Shown here: in pieces, positions 36,063 to 45,688 of the stretch
How positions within the stretch are numbered: the stretch's first letter is position 1
Layout of the letters: each line of letters begins with the position of its first letter
Assembly: GCA_030018495.1 (NCBI GenBank)
Contig: JASEFS010000019.1
Location: forward strand, 7,664-71,663
Length of the DNA: 64,000 nt
Origin: Deltaproteobacteria bacterium
GTDB lineage: Bacteria > Desulfobacterota > Desulfobaccia > Desulfobaccales > 0-14-0-80-60-11
Reading direction: 5' to 3'
The notes under the pieces: generated by a model
Seen by the model: only the letters and a program-made list of their open reading frames with translations
The model's database searches: none
Told to the model about the DNA's origin: nothing
Program-made: the position numbers and the translations under genes

Positions 36063-36389
36063 TCAGGTTTCATGCTTCAAGACATCATGGACCCAGCTCA
36101 AGGCTGCAGAGGTGGTGGGAAAACCGATGGTGCTGGTCAATAAAATAATGGCGTGATAGATCTCTTCCGGTTTGGCTCCCGCCTTGACCGCCCGTCTCAC
36201 ATGACTGTGCACCGAGCCTTCGGAGCGGATGGCTGCGGCTGCGGCCAACTGAATCAGGTGCGAGGTCTTGTCATCCAGCGGCCCTTCCTGACGCACCGAT
36301 TCGCCGAGCTGCTCCAGGGCGTCCATAAATTTGCCGTGGTGTGATTTGATAAAGGTGTACCATCCCGGATAGATTTTTTCCTCGGCCAT
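36063..36389 (-). CDS. Carboxymuconolactone decarboxylase/AhpD-like protein (no CxxC)
   Basis: LDDKTSHLI, SHVRRA..AGA..EEI, GFP. Confidence 0.85.
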   Translation of the reverse strand: MAEEKIYPGWYTFIKSHHGKFMDALEQLGESVRQEGPLDDKTSHLIQLAAAAAIRSEGSVHSHVRRAVKAGAKPEEIYHAIILLTSTIGFPTTSAALSWVHDVLKHET

Positions 36390-36423
36390 AGCTGCCTCCC
36401 GCGGCCCAGAGAGTTTGCTTTTC

Positions 36424-37254
36424 TCAGTGCCACTCGATGTAGTTACGGTAATTTATAATAACAATAAGAAGATAAATACCTACGGTCAATACAGCATAGC
36501 CGAAGACGAAATACATCACTCTGTACCAGGTCGGCGGCCCTGGAACCATGACCTCCTCCAACCTGCCGTCCTCCTGAAGGCGGGCGATCCAAGCCGGCTT
36601 TTCCTTGAGTTCTTTCTCCAATTCCACGCTTCCGGCGAACATGCACTCGTTCATGGGGAACATGCCCCGGCGCAAATGGCCGATGGAAAAATGAATGATG
36701 AAGATGTAGAGCATGGCCAAGAGAGCTTCGGCCCGATGCAGCAAAAGCATGACATTAAGACTCCAGCCGGGCATGTACCGCGACGCCCCTACAGGGTACA
36801 TGAGCACCAGACCGGTCACCCCCAATAGCGGCAGGCCCCAAAACACCGCCCAGTAATCGAATTTTTCCCAATATGTCCACCGGTCGAATTGGGGGGGTGG
36901 TCCCAAGCCTAAGAACCAGCGTATTTTCTGGCCCAGGTGCACTACATCCTGAAAGCGCGGCACCAGCGAATCAGGATGAAACAGCCTTTTGCCCGGGGTC
37001 CTCCATTCAACTTTGAAGAGCACATAGACAATGTGCACTGCAAAGGCGATCATCATGAGAATTCCCACGGTGTTATGAATGGCGGTGGCCGTTTCGTAGC
37101 TGCCGAAAAGGCCGACAACCCATTTGCCCCAGGTGGTGGCATACAAAAGCCGCCCCATCCCTGTTACAGCCTGAATCAGAAAAGTCACCATGATGAACAG
37201 GTGAAAGAGGCGGTCGAAAACACTAAAGCGCAGAATTCTGGTCTTTTCTCTCAT
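36424..37254 (-). CDS. Cytochrome b subunit (FdnI/CbcL-like)
   Basis: RFS..DR..H, His-bearing TMs, FDRWTYWEKFDYWAVFWG, H..EALLA. Confidence 0.85.
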   Translation of the reverse strand: MREKTRILRFSVFDRLFHLFIMVTFLIQAVTGMGRLLYATTWGKWVVGLFGSYETATAIHNTVGILMMIAFAVHIVYVLFKVEWRTPGKRLFHPDSLVPRFQDVVHLGQKIRWFLGLGPPPQFDRWTYWEKFDYWAVFWGLPLLGVTGLVLMYPVGASRYMPGWSLNVMLLLHRAEALLAMLYIFIIHFSIGHLRRGMFPMNECMFAGSVELEKELKEKPAWIARLQEDGRLEEVMVPGPPTWYRVMYFVFGYAVLTVGIYLLIVIINYRNYIEWH

Positions 37255-37930
37255 CTTCGGGCTTCCGCTTCTTTTCCATCACTTGATGGTAAAATTCCTT
37301 GGAGATCCATACCAGGCTGTGCAGGATAAAAAACCCCATAACTCCCACAATAAGGAGGTACATGAACCAGTTGGTGTAATAGAGGGAAGGAAAGGTCTTG
37401 CGGGTAGCGGCCGCGGCAGCCGGCGGTTCGTGCACCATGAAGGTGGCGAAAGAGGCGTTCGCGCCCTCATGGCACTTGGCGCACACATAGGCGTGGCGCC
37501 GGATGGGATTTAAGGGGGAGAAATAGTGGTTGATGCTGGCGATGGGCTCGCCGCCGTGGCATTGGCGGCAGGTAACGTTGCCCCTTACCGTATGGCTGTG
37601 TTTGGCCTCCGCCACGTGGCAGTCTTCGCAGCGGCGCATTGCGTAGAATTCGAGGCCGCGGTGGGAATCGGCCAGATAAGTGCGAGTCCTGATTTCAGCG
37701 GCCCCCGGGCTGTAAGGGAAGGGTTTGCGCCCGACGCCGGGCACCCCCACAAAGGGACGAACTCGCCTGGGCTTGACTTCATATTCTTCGTAATAACCCG
37801 TGCTGGCCTCCCGTTCCCGGTAACGCCGGATGGAGGAGGTGACTTCCTCCTGGGCCGGGGCCGGCACAGCTACCAGAAGACTTAAACACAATAGGGCTAG
37901 ACTAAAAATTACCCGCCCCTTGGCGCTCAT
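37223..37930 (-). CDS. Membrane-anchored triheme cytochrome c
   Basis: CEDCH, CRQCH, CAKCH; signal peptide; C-terminal TM containing His. Confidence 0.85.
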   Translation of the reverse strand: MSAKGRVIFSLALLCLSLLVAVPAPAQEEVTSSIRRYREREASTGYYEEYEVKPRRVRPFVGVPGVGRKPFPYSPGAAEIRTRTYLADSHRGLEFYAMRRCEDCHVAEAKHSHTVRGNVTCRQCHGGEPIASINHYFSPLNPIRRHAYVCAKCHEGANASFATFMVHEPPAAAAATRKTFPSLYYTNWFMYLLIVGVMGFFILHSLVWISKEFYHQVMEKKRKPEDERKDQNSAL

Positions 37931-37942
37931 AATGAGTACTCC

Positions 37943-39271
37943 TTATCTCTGGGCGGGTTTTTGGGGAGACTCTTTTTTTTCAGCCGGCTTTGGGCTTTCT
38001 TTCTTCGGTTCATGTAGATGAATCGGTTGAATCGACGGCCCCACGGGTTTGGGAAGTACCGCCAGAGCGTCATACTCGGCCTGAAGTTGCTTTAGATCCT
38101 GATCCTTATGCTTATGACAGGTTTGGCAGGAATTGGGGATGACCGGGTTGGCCAGGGTGTCTTTGGGCAGCAAGGCCACAAAGACGTGGCTGTGAATATC
38201 CCCTGATTCCGCACTTTCGGCGATTCTCGGCATATGGCAGCCCACACAATTGCCGAAAGAGTGGATGGAATGGGCCAGGTTATTATTAATCATGTCGTGA
38301 CAGATAAGGCATTGCTTGGAGCCGGCGCCCACCGTCTGGGAGCGCGTGGGCGGCATGCCAACCTGGTGCACAAAATGGCAGGAAGTGCAGGTCACGCCCT
38401 CTTTGGCGTGCTTGGACATGGACCAGTCAATATATTGCTGATGATGGCCCTTGGAAAATTCGTTGGCATAGACGTGCTTTACATCACCGGCTTCAAAGGA
38501 GGTGGATTTGTAAAAGGCTTCCAGGGCCTTGCCGGGCTCGTAGCCTACCGGCCAGCCCGCGCCCTTCACCTTGGTGGATTTACCCCGGTTATGGCAGGAG
38601 CCGCAGATCTGCACCGCCACCCCCATGGTGAGCTTGGCCGGATTGACGATGGTGGCCCGTTTTTCGAAGACTTCGGTCTTCGGCAGGGCCGCGTGCCAGG
38701 AGCCCTTGCCGTGGCAGGCTTCGCAGGCCACCCCGGGCTCCACAAAAGTATTCTTCTCCAAATCAGCCCCGGTGGCGTGGCAGCCGCCGCAGCCCATGAT
38801 CCAGGGCCTCTTGTCCCAATCGGCCTCATGGTAATTGACCCAGCGGTGGGTGTCCAGGTTGTACTGCACCGGAGCGATGTAAAGCTTGCCGTCTTTCTCA
38901 ACCAGGTAGCGCTGCTTCCACTGGCTGCCGATGGTGTATTTGATCTCTTCTATTTTCGGGACGTAAATCTTATCCGCCGGGACTTTGAGCTTATCCCCCA
39001 GCTTGGCCAGGTCAGCCCGGATTTCCTTTTCGTTGATCTCCGTGACAATGGCGTCCCGGTTTTTCTGGGCGTCCTGGAGCATGCGGGAATGGAGCGTCAT
39101 CTTCCAGGAGTCGAAGTGCTCCAGATGGCACATTTTGCAGGTATCCGAACCGACATATTCTTTCGGTTTGCTTTTGAGGGCCTGCACGTCGATGGGCTGC
39201 TCGCCGCAGGCGAGAATAGTCAGAATGGCAAATCCCGTTGACAAGAACCGTACCAGCTCAATGCCCCTCAT
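37943..39271 (-). CDS. Octaheme cytochrome c lipoprotein
   Basis: Lipobox ILAC; eight CxxCH (CKMCH, CGGCH, CEACH, CGSCH, CTSCH, CLICH, CVGCH, CQTCH). Confidence 0.9.
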   Translation of the reverse strand: MRGIELVRFLSTGFAILTILACGEQPIDVQALKSKPKEYVGSDTCKMCHLEHFDSWKMTLHSRMLQDAQKNRDAIVTEINEKEIRADLAKLGDKLKVPADKIYVPKIEEIKYTIGSQWKQRYLVEKDGKLYIAPVQYNLDTHRWVNYHEADWDKRPWIMGCGGCHATGADLEKNTFVEPGVACEACHGKGSWHAALPKTEVFEKRATIVNPAKLTMGVAVQICGSCHNRGKSTKVKGAGWPVGYEPGKALEAFYKSTSFEAGDVKHVYANEFSKGHHQQYIDWSMSKHAKEGVTCTSCHFVHQVGMPPTRSQTVGAGSKQCLICHDMINNNLAHSIHSFGNCVGCHMPRIAESAESGDIHSHVFVALLPKDTLANPVIPNSCQTCHKHKDQDLKQLQAEYDALAVLPKPVGPSIQPIHLHEPKKESPKPAEKKESPQKPAQR

Positions 39272-39517
39272 GCTCTATCCTTTCTTCCCATGAAAATTTG
39301 GAACTTGCAATGACGCCCGTAAAGTGCTTCAGGAGGCTTAGTGTTATTCTACCAAAAGACTATATAATAAAAAGATAATTTTTGTAAACAAAATTTTGCC
39401 TATATCTTTCACAACTTCACATCATATTGGCCATAATGGGTAATTACCCTAACCGTGGTTGTCAATGCCCAAAATGTTTCCATTTTGCTATAATGGCCAA
39501 AAATTCAGGGCGGGTCA

Positions 39518-41662
39518 GTGGATTTTCCGGTTTATTCGGCCAAAAGCAAAATCAAAGCCTGGGCTCTTTTAACAGGGGTCATCCTGCTTTTCGCTATAAT
39601 CCTCAAAATTGCCGGGATCATGGAGCCGTATTCCATGAAGACCCTGGACATCCTTTTCCGCCTGGCGCCTCTGCCGCCGGCCAGCCCCCAGGTGGTTATG
39701 GTAACCGTGGACCAACCCGATGTGGACTTCTTCAAGGAGCAAGGCATCAACTGGCCCTGGCCCCGGCAGCTTTACGCCCCCATCATCGAGTTTTGCCAGC
39801 GGGGCGGCGCCCGCGCCGTCATCTTCGACCTTCTTTATACCGAGCCATCTTTCTATGGGCCGGAGGATGACCAGCAATTGGCCAAGGCTGCGGCAGGTGC
39901 CGGGAATGTGGTATTTGCCTGCTTCCTTACCCGGGAGGAGAAGGGGGCCAATCCCCAGGAAGCCGAGCTTCTGGCCAAGGCCGGCCTGACCATCAGCGGC
40001 CCCCCGCCCCAAGGGTTTCCGGACTACCGTGCGGTCATTGCGCCCGTGGCCCCGCTGGTGCAGGCGGCCAACACCCTGGGCAACGTGGAGTGCGGCCCCG
40101 ACCCCGACGGCATCTACCGCCGCCTGCCATTGGCCGTCCCCTTCAAGGGCCGCTGGCTGCCCCTCCTGGGCTTTTCCGCCTTCCAGCGTTCGGCGGCGCC
40201 GGGAGAGTGGCGCTTTGACCACAAAGCGTTGGTGCATGGGGCTTATCGCCTTCCTTTGGACTCCCAGGGCCGGTTTCTGTTGAAGTTTCGGGGCCCGGCC
40301 CGCAGCCATAAGCGCTTCAGCGCCGCCAATGTCATTCAATCCGAAATCCGCCTGCGCCACAACCAGCCGCCTCTTTATCCAGCCGACGCGTTTAAGGACA
40401 AGTGGGTTTTCGTGGGCCTCACCGCGCCGGGCCTTTTTGATTTGAAAGCCTCGCCGGTAAGCCCCATTTATCCCGGCGTGGAACTGCACGCCACCCTGCT
40501 GGACAACCTTATTCAAGGGGACTTTCTTTGCCCCGCCCCCGTCTGGTTTCAGTGGCTGCTGACCGGCGTCCTGGCCGCCGGGTTGTCCCTGGCCGTGCTC
40601 TTTACCTCCGGCCTGTGGGCCCCGCTGCTGGCACTGGGAACTGCAGTAGTAGGTTTTCTGGGGCTGACGGTGTTGCTTTTTTGGGCCAGTTGGTGGAGCG
40701 ATCCGGTTCTGCCCGGCGTCGCCCTGGCTTCGAGCTTCGCCCTGGCCTCGGTTTACAGTTATGCCACCGAGGGCCGCCAAAAGCAGGCCATCCGCCGCAT
40801 GTTCGCCCAATACATGTCGGAGACGGTGATCAACCACTTGCTGGCGCATCCGGAAAAACTCAAGCTGGGAGGCGAGCGCCGCCGGGTCACCCTGTTTTTC
40901 TCGGACCTGGCCGGCTTCACCACCCTGAGCGAACGCCTGCAGCCGGAAGCCGTGGTGGCGCTTCTCAACGAGTATCTGTCCCGCATGACCGAGATTATTC
41001 TGGAGGAAATGGGCACGGTGGACAAGTTCGAGGGGGACGCCATCATGGCTTTCTGGGGCGCGCCCCTGGACCAGGAGGATCAGGCGGTGCGGGCCTGTCG
41101 CACCGCCTTGCGCCAGCAGGCGGCTCTGATCGACCTCAACCGGCACCTGAGCGGGCAGGGGTTGCCCGCGCTCAGTATGCGCATCGGCCTGCACACCGGC
41201 GAGGCCATCGTGGGGAATTTGGGTTCCCAGAGCCGCTTCGACTACACCGTGATCGGCGACAACGTTAACCTGGCCAGCCGCCTCGAAGGCTTGAACAAGT
41301 TTTACGGCACCGGCATTCTGGCCAGCGAGGCAACCGTGGCTGAGAGCAGCGACGGCATCGAATTTTGGGAACTGGACCGGGTGGCGGTGAAAGGGCGGGA
41401 AGCCCCGGTGACTGTTTTTAATGTGATGGCTTTGCGGGGCGGGCTGTCTCCGGCCCAGGCTGCGGCCCGGGAGGAATACGCCCGGGGCCTGGAATGTTTC
41501 CGCCGGCGCCTCTTTGAAGAGGCGGAGCGGCATTTTTTAGCCGCTTTGGAAAAATGGCCCGGCGCCACGGCTGCTTCTGTGTTCTTAGGGCGTTGCCGCG
41601 CCTTGCAGAAAAACCCGCCGCCGCCGGCCTGGGATGCGGTCTTCCGGCCGGATAAAAAATAG
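39518..41662 (+). CDS. CHASE2-domain class III adenylate cyclase
   Basis: WPWPR, D.DGI.RR, GVELHA, three TMs, FFSDLAGFT, DKFEGDAIMAFWGAP, DYTVIGDNVNLASRLEG. Confidence 0.95.
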   Translation: MDFPVYSAKSKIKAWALLTGVILLFAIILKIAGIMEPYSMKTLDILFRLAPLPPASPQVVMVTVDQPDVDFFKEQGINWPWPRQLYAPIIEFCQRGGARAVIFDLLYTEPSFYGPEDDQQLAKAAAGAGNVVFACFLTREEKGANPQEAELLAKAGLTISGPPPQGFPDYRAVIAPVAPLVQAANTLGNVECGPDPDGIYRRLPLAVPFKGRWLPLLGFSAFQRSAAPGEWRFDHKALVHGAYRLPLDSQGRFLLKFRGPARSHKRFSAANVIQSEIRLRHNQPPLYPADAFKDKWVFVGLTAPGLFDLKASPVSPIYPGVELHATLLDNLIQGDFLCPAPVWFQWLLTGVLAAGLSLAVLFTSGLWAPLLALGTAVVGFLGLTVLLFWASWWSDPVLPGVALASSFALASVYSYATEGRQKQAIRRMFAQYMSETVINHLLAHPEKLKLGGERRRVTLFFSDLAGFTTLSERLQPEAVVALLNEYLSRMTEIILEEMGTVDKFEGDAIMAFWGAPLDQEDQAVRACRTALRQQAALIDLNRHLSGQGLPALSMRIGLHTGEAIVGNLGSQSRFDYTVIGDNVNLASRLEGLNKFYGTGILASEATVAESSDGIEFWELDRVAVKGREAPVTVFNVMALRGGLSPAQAAAREEYARGLECFRRRLFEEAERHFLAALEKWPGATAASVFLGRCRALQKNPPPPAWDAVFRPDKK

Positions 41663-41903
41663 TGTCAATAGAAGCAGTTTTCTCTCAAGCCAAAAATATT
41701 CTTGAACCGGAAGAGCTCTTTAACCGTTTTTAAAAGGTCAAGTTGCAGATGTGGAGAGCCGGCAGAGCGCCGCTCATTCTAAAGTTCATATAATTTTTGA
41801 AATTGGTATAATGCATGCATTTTGAACAGGATTGACCGGAACCCTTTAAAAAGGAAAAATACCGACCTGGCACGGGAAGAACCAGGAGGAAGAAGGAGGC
41901 CGT

Positions 41904-42404
41904 GTGAGACGATTCATGAAGCTTTCCAGAAAGACCTTAGGGCTGCTCATAATCGTAATGATGCTGCTCTTGAGCGGCGGACCGGGTTGGGCCCGCACCC
42001 TGACTGTCAGCCAGCCCAACCAGCAGATCTACCAGGAGGCCAATTTTGCCAGCACGCCTTTGGGCGCAGTGCCTCAAGGAGCCAAAGTGAACCTCATCCG
42101 GCAGGAAGGGGAGTGGTACAAGGTGGATTACCAGGGCACCATAGGCTGGCTGCACCGGCAGGCGGTTCCCGAAGCCGCGCCGGCCAAAATGGACCTTTCC
42201 AAAATGCTCTTCGGCGGCCCGGTAAAGGAGACCGGTTCGGATGAAGTGGCCTTGGCCGGCAAGGGCTTCACGCCGGAGGTGGAAGCCGGCTTTCGCCAGA
42301 AAAATCCGGGGCTGGCCTACGCCCAGGTGGATAAAGTGGAGACCTTCGGGGTGGACCAGGCGCAGCTTCAGAAATTTGTCTCGGAAGGAGGTCTGAACCC
42401 ATGA
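41904..42404 (+). CDS. Exported SH3-domain protein
   Basis: Signal peptide; G.KV..I..EGEWYKV....TIGWLH. Confidence 0.8.
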   Translation: MRRFMKLSRKTLGLLIIVMMLLLSGGPGWARTLTVSQPNQQIYQEANFASTPLGAVPQGAKVNLIRQEGEWYKVDYQGTIGWLHRQAVPEAAPAKMDLSKMLFGGPVKETGSDEVALAGKGFTPEVEAGFRQKNPGLAYAQVDKVETFGVDQAQLQKFVSEGGLNP

Positions 42405-43273
42405 GAGCGACATCATTCGGACCAACCGCGCTTCTGCTCATGGCGTGCCTTTTATGGGGCTGCAGCGGCGTTTCTTTGGACCTGCCTTCCTCTGTACAGC
42501 CGGCCGCGCAAATCGCCGCCAAGACCGGTGCCAAGGCGATCCATGCCTCCCGCCCCATCAGTGATTCCGAAGAATACTATGTGGGCCGGGCCGTAGGCGC
42601 CCGCATACTGGCGAAATACCCCCTCTACCAGGACCAGGAAGTCACCCGGTATGTAAACAAGGTGGGCTTGACGGTGGCCCGCAAATCGTCCCGGCCTAAC
42701 CCCTACCGGGGCTACCATTTCGCGGTCCTGGACACGCCGGAGCCCAACGCCTTCGCCTGTCCCGGCGGCACCATCCTGATTACCCGGGGGCTTTTGAAGA
42801 ACTGCGCCACCGAGGACGAACTGGCCGCGGTGCTGGCCCATGAAGTGGCCCATATCGCCAACAAGGACGGCATCAAATCCATCAGCCAGGCCCGTTGGAC
42901 CGAGGTGGCCACCACCCTGGGCACCGAAACCGCCAAACAGTACGGCGGCAGCGCCGGACAGATGGTGACCCTGTTTGAAGGCTCCATCGACGACGTCTTC
43001 AAAACCATCGTGGTGAACGGCTACAGCCGCTCGGCTGAAGAAAGCGCGGACCGGGAAGCCGTAAGCATTTTGCGTAAAGCCGGCTACAACCCGGGGGCCC
43101 TGGCCGCGGTGCTCACTAAAATGAGCGGCAAGGAAGGGGCCGGCGGGATCTACCGGACCCATCCACCCACCAGCGAGCGACTGGCCAAGGTGCAGTCCCT
43201 GGCCCCGGCTTCTTCTGCGTCCAGCGAAAAAGAAGCCGTCCGCACTGCCAGATTCCAGCAGCTAAAAATTTAG
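42401..43273 (+). CDS. M48 family metalloprotease lipoprotein
   Basis: Lipobox LWGC; NAFACPGG, ELAAVLAHEVAH, E..AD, THP...ER. Confidence 0.92.
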   Translation: MRATSFGPTALLLMACLLWGCSGVSLDLPSSVQPAAQIAAKTGAKAIHASRPISDSEEYYVGRAVGARILAKYPLYQDQEVTRYVNKVGLTVARKSSRPNPYRGYHFAVLDTPEPNAFACPGGTILITRGLLKNCATEDELAAVLAHEVAHIANKDGIKSISQARWTEVATTLGTETAKQYGGSAGQMVTLFEGSIDDVFKTIVVNGYSRSAEESADREAVSILRKAGYNPGALAAVLTKMSGKEGAGGIYRTHPPTSERLAKVQSLAPASSASSEKEAVRTARFQQLKI

Positions 43274-43530
43274 CGTCCGCCAGGGGGAGGACGGTTTGCG
43301 TCCTCCCCTTTCTACGCTTGAAACACTTCTATATTCCTGTTGCGAAGTTCATCAGGCGGCCTCTTCCGGAAACTCTTTAAGGAGAATTGCGCAAGGAGCC
43401 GTTTCTCGGTTTCTCAGGGACATTTGTGAAAAAACTCTTTATAGGCTGGAACCTGCGCCTCCTCTTGATTCCGCCCGGGCGCCATCTCATATTATGTGTA
43501 AAATATTACGCCAGGGAAAGGAGGCCGACC

Positions 43531-44142
43531 ATGGTTACTGTTGCCGGCGAGGATCTGTTCACTCCCATATTCAACAAGCTGGAAGGATTAGTAAGTGCGG
43601 GCCGGAATGCCTTTAACCGACATAGCCGTCAGGATCTGGAGCAACTCAAGGCACTTCACCGGGAAATTGTTCTCGATATTGCCGATGCCATCAAAAAGAT
43701 TGAAGGGACTCTGGCCAAAAAACAGGCGGGGGAACGGGCTGAGGCCCTCAAAGAGCAGAGCCTCCTGACCCGCTTGCAGCTTATCGCTGAAAAATTGGGC
43801 GGCCTCACTGAGCCTATCGACAAAAAAATCAAGGATGGGGTGCTTTTTTCCGAGAAAGCAGTATCCCAAACCAATTATCTCTTCGACCATCAGGCGGGAA
43901 TCCTGCGCTCCCTTTTGGACATCCTCAAGACCGATAACGCCATGCTCAAGCGTTTCGTCCAGGAGGAAGGCCAGAAGCTGGTTCAGGATTGCATTAATTT
44001 CGCCACCGAGCATGAAGACCGCCTGATTGAAGGTCTCTGCCTGCCCCAGGCCGCGCCGCTTTTCTTGTCGATTCTGGACAACATGCGCACGGCCGCGCAG
44101 CATGAAGTGGACATCGCTCAGATGCTGGCCAAGAAAAACTGA
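43531..44142 (+). CDS. PhoU-like helical protein (resembles the Na/Pi cotransporter C-domain)
   Basis: AGGAGG RBS before ATG 43531; FSEKA, HEDRLIEGLC...LSILDN pattern. Confidence 0.65.
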   Translation: MVTVAGEDLFTPIFNKLEGLVSAGRNAFNRHSRQDLEQLKALHREIVLDIADAIKKIEGTLAKKQAGERAEALKEQSLLTRLQLIAEKLGGLTEPIDKKIKDGVLFSEKAVSQTNYLFDHQAGILRSLLDILKTDNAMLKRFVQEEGQKLVQDCINFATEHEDRLIEGLCLPQAAPLFLSILDNMRTAAQHEVDIAQMLAKKN

Positions 44143-44189
44143 AAGGGGGTTGACCGTCGAACCGGAGTCCGGTTTTTTCCCTTTTCACC

Positions 44190-45551
44190 TTATGGTTTGA
44201 GGACGGGAAATTTTTGGAGATAGACTTCCAGGGAAAATTTGTCTTTCAGGCCGCTTAAGCTCATATAGCGGATCTTGCCGAAAACCTGGCGCTCCTTCCA
44301 GGCCCGGTCATGGACTCCGCCGATGCTCCAGGCGATGCCGGTGTAGCCGTTGGGGTCGCGGCCGTCCAGTTCGTAGCGGTCATTAAGATAAATAGCGGTC
44401 TGCAGGGCGTCTTCGGGGGAGGCGGTCCATTCCAGTATTTTTTTGGCCCAATACATGCGCATGTAGCCGTGCATTTTGCCGGTGAGCACCATTTCCCGCT
44501 GGGCCGCATTCCAGGCTTCATCGTGGGTGCGGGCCTGCTCAAATTCCTCCGGAGAATATAAAAATTGCCGTTTATCCCGGCGGTGGGCGTCGAGGGTGGC
44601 CTGCGCCCAAGCGGGAAAGGCCTTGAAGTCGTCGTAGTCCTCATTATAAAAACAAAAATTATCGGAGAGCTCCCGCCTGACGATAAGCTCTTCCAGGAAA
44701 TCTCGCTTGGCCTCCCGGGGAGCTTCTGCCCGGCGCACCTCCAAAGCCACCCGCTGTGCCGCGAGGTGCCCGAAGTGCAGGTAAGGCGAGAGGTTGGATT
44801 GGCCTTCTTTGGTGGGGTCGTTGCGGTTGAGGTTGTAATGAGCCAGTTTCTCTTCGAGAAAATACTCGAGTTGTTGACGGGCCGCCGCTTCCCCCGGCGC
44901 CAGCCAATCAACTTCGGGCACGGTGCGGTCGGCGGGATGATTGTGCAAAATATATTGCCAGGGAATCTGGTCTCCGGACTTCTCCAATTTATAGGGGTGT
45001 TCCTGAAGCTCGGGAATTTCGGTGAGAAAATCGGGCAAGACCCGATGAATCTTTGGTCTGAAGGTATAGGCGCCGTATTCCTGCTTGGGTGAGGCCAGCC
45101 AGCAGGGGACGATATTGTGGGCGTCCACTTCGTAAATAGGGATGTCGAGCTTTTTGGCAACCTCCTGCTTCCAGGCCCGCTTGAGCCGCAGCGGGTCAAA
45201 ATCGGTGACCAGTAAAGAGGTCTTAAGATTTTTGGCCAGTTTGGGGACTTCCCGGCCCGGCTCGCCGGTTAGCAGGAAGAACGGCACCGAATGGGCGGCC
45301 AGCCCTTTTTCCACTTCGGCCAGACCGCGTATCATAAAGGCGAACTGCCGGAACGCGGCGTTGAGGAACTCCGGCACCAGGCAAAAGCAGACCGCCAGGG
45401 GGGCTTGCTGCGCCACGGCCGACTCCTGGGCGTGGAGCAAAGCCCAATTGTCCCGGACGCGCTGGTCGCGGCTCATCCAATAAAGGACCGGGCCCCGCTT
45501 TTGCGGACCATCTTTTATGATTCTAATCCTGCTCGCATTCATGAGATTCAC
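44190..45551 (-). CDS. phr: Class II CPD DNA photolyase
   Basis: YWMSRDQR..DNWAL, VDAHNIVP, SNLSPYLHFG, RRELSDN, GKMHGYMRMYWAKK, DGRDPNG. Confidence 0.95.
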   Translation of the reverse strand: MNLMNASRIRIIKDGPQKRGPVLYWMSRDQRVRDNWALLHAQESAVAQQAPLAVCFCLVPEFLNAAFRQFAFMIRGLAEVEKGLAAHSVPFFLLTGEPGREVPKLAKNLKTSLLVTDFDPLRLKRAWKQEVAKKLDIPIYEVDAHNIVPCWLASPKQEYGAYTFRPKIHRVLPDFLTEIPELQEHPYKLEKSGDQIPWQYILHNHPADRTVPEVDWLAPGEAAARQQLEYFLEEKLAHYNLNRNDPTKEGQSNLSPYLHFGHLAAQRVALEVRRAEAPREAKRDFLEELIVRRELSDNFCFYNEDYDDFKAFPAWAQATLDAHRRDKRQFLYSPEEFEQARTHDEAWNAAQREMVLTGKMHGYMRMYWAKKILEWTASPEDALQTAIYLNDRYELDGRDPNGYTGIAWSIGGVHDRAWKERQVFGKIRYMSLSGLKDKFSLEVYLQKFPVLKP

Positions 45552-45688
45552 TGTCCATTTTGCCCTGAATTTTTTATTTATATCATTACCGTTTCACATT
45601 GACAGGGTTTATCCTTTTACTGGAATCTTTATATATGGAATTATGTTAAAATATTAAGCCAATAATCATCTTAGGCGGAGTCTGGAAC

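Noticed and set aside
4608-41533. Long antisense ORFs such as 4608-5948, 10109-11344, 23101-24891 and 39569-41533
   Set aside because: In-register antisense shadows of well-supported genes in GC-rich DNA.
41775-41815. AT-rich segment resembling an IS/MITE terminal repeat (TTCATATAATTTTTGAAATTGGTATAA)
   Set aside because: No matching inverted partner or transposase found in the window.
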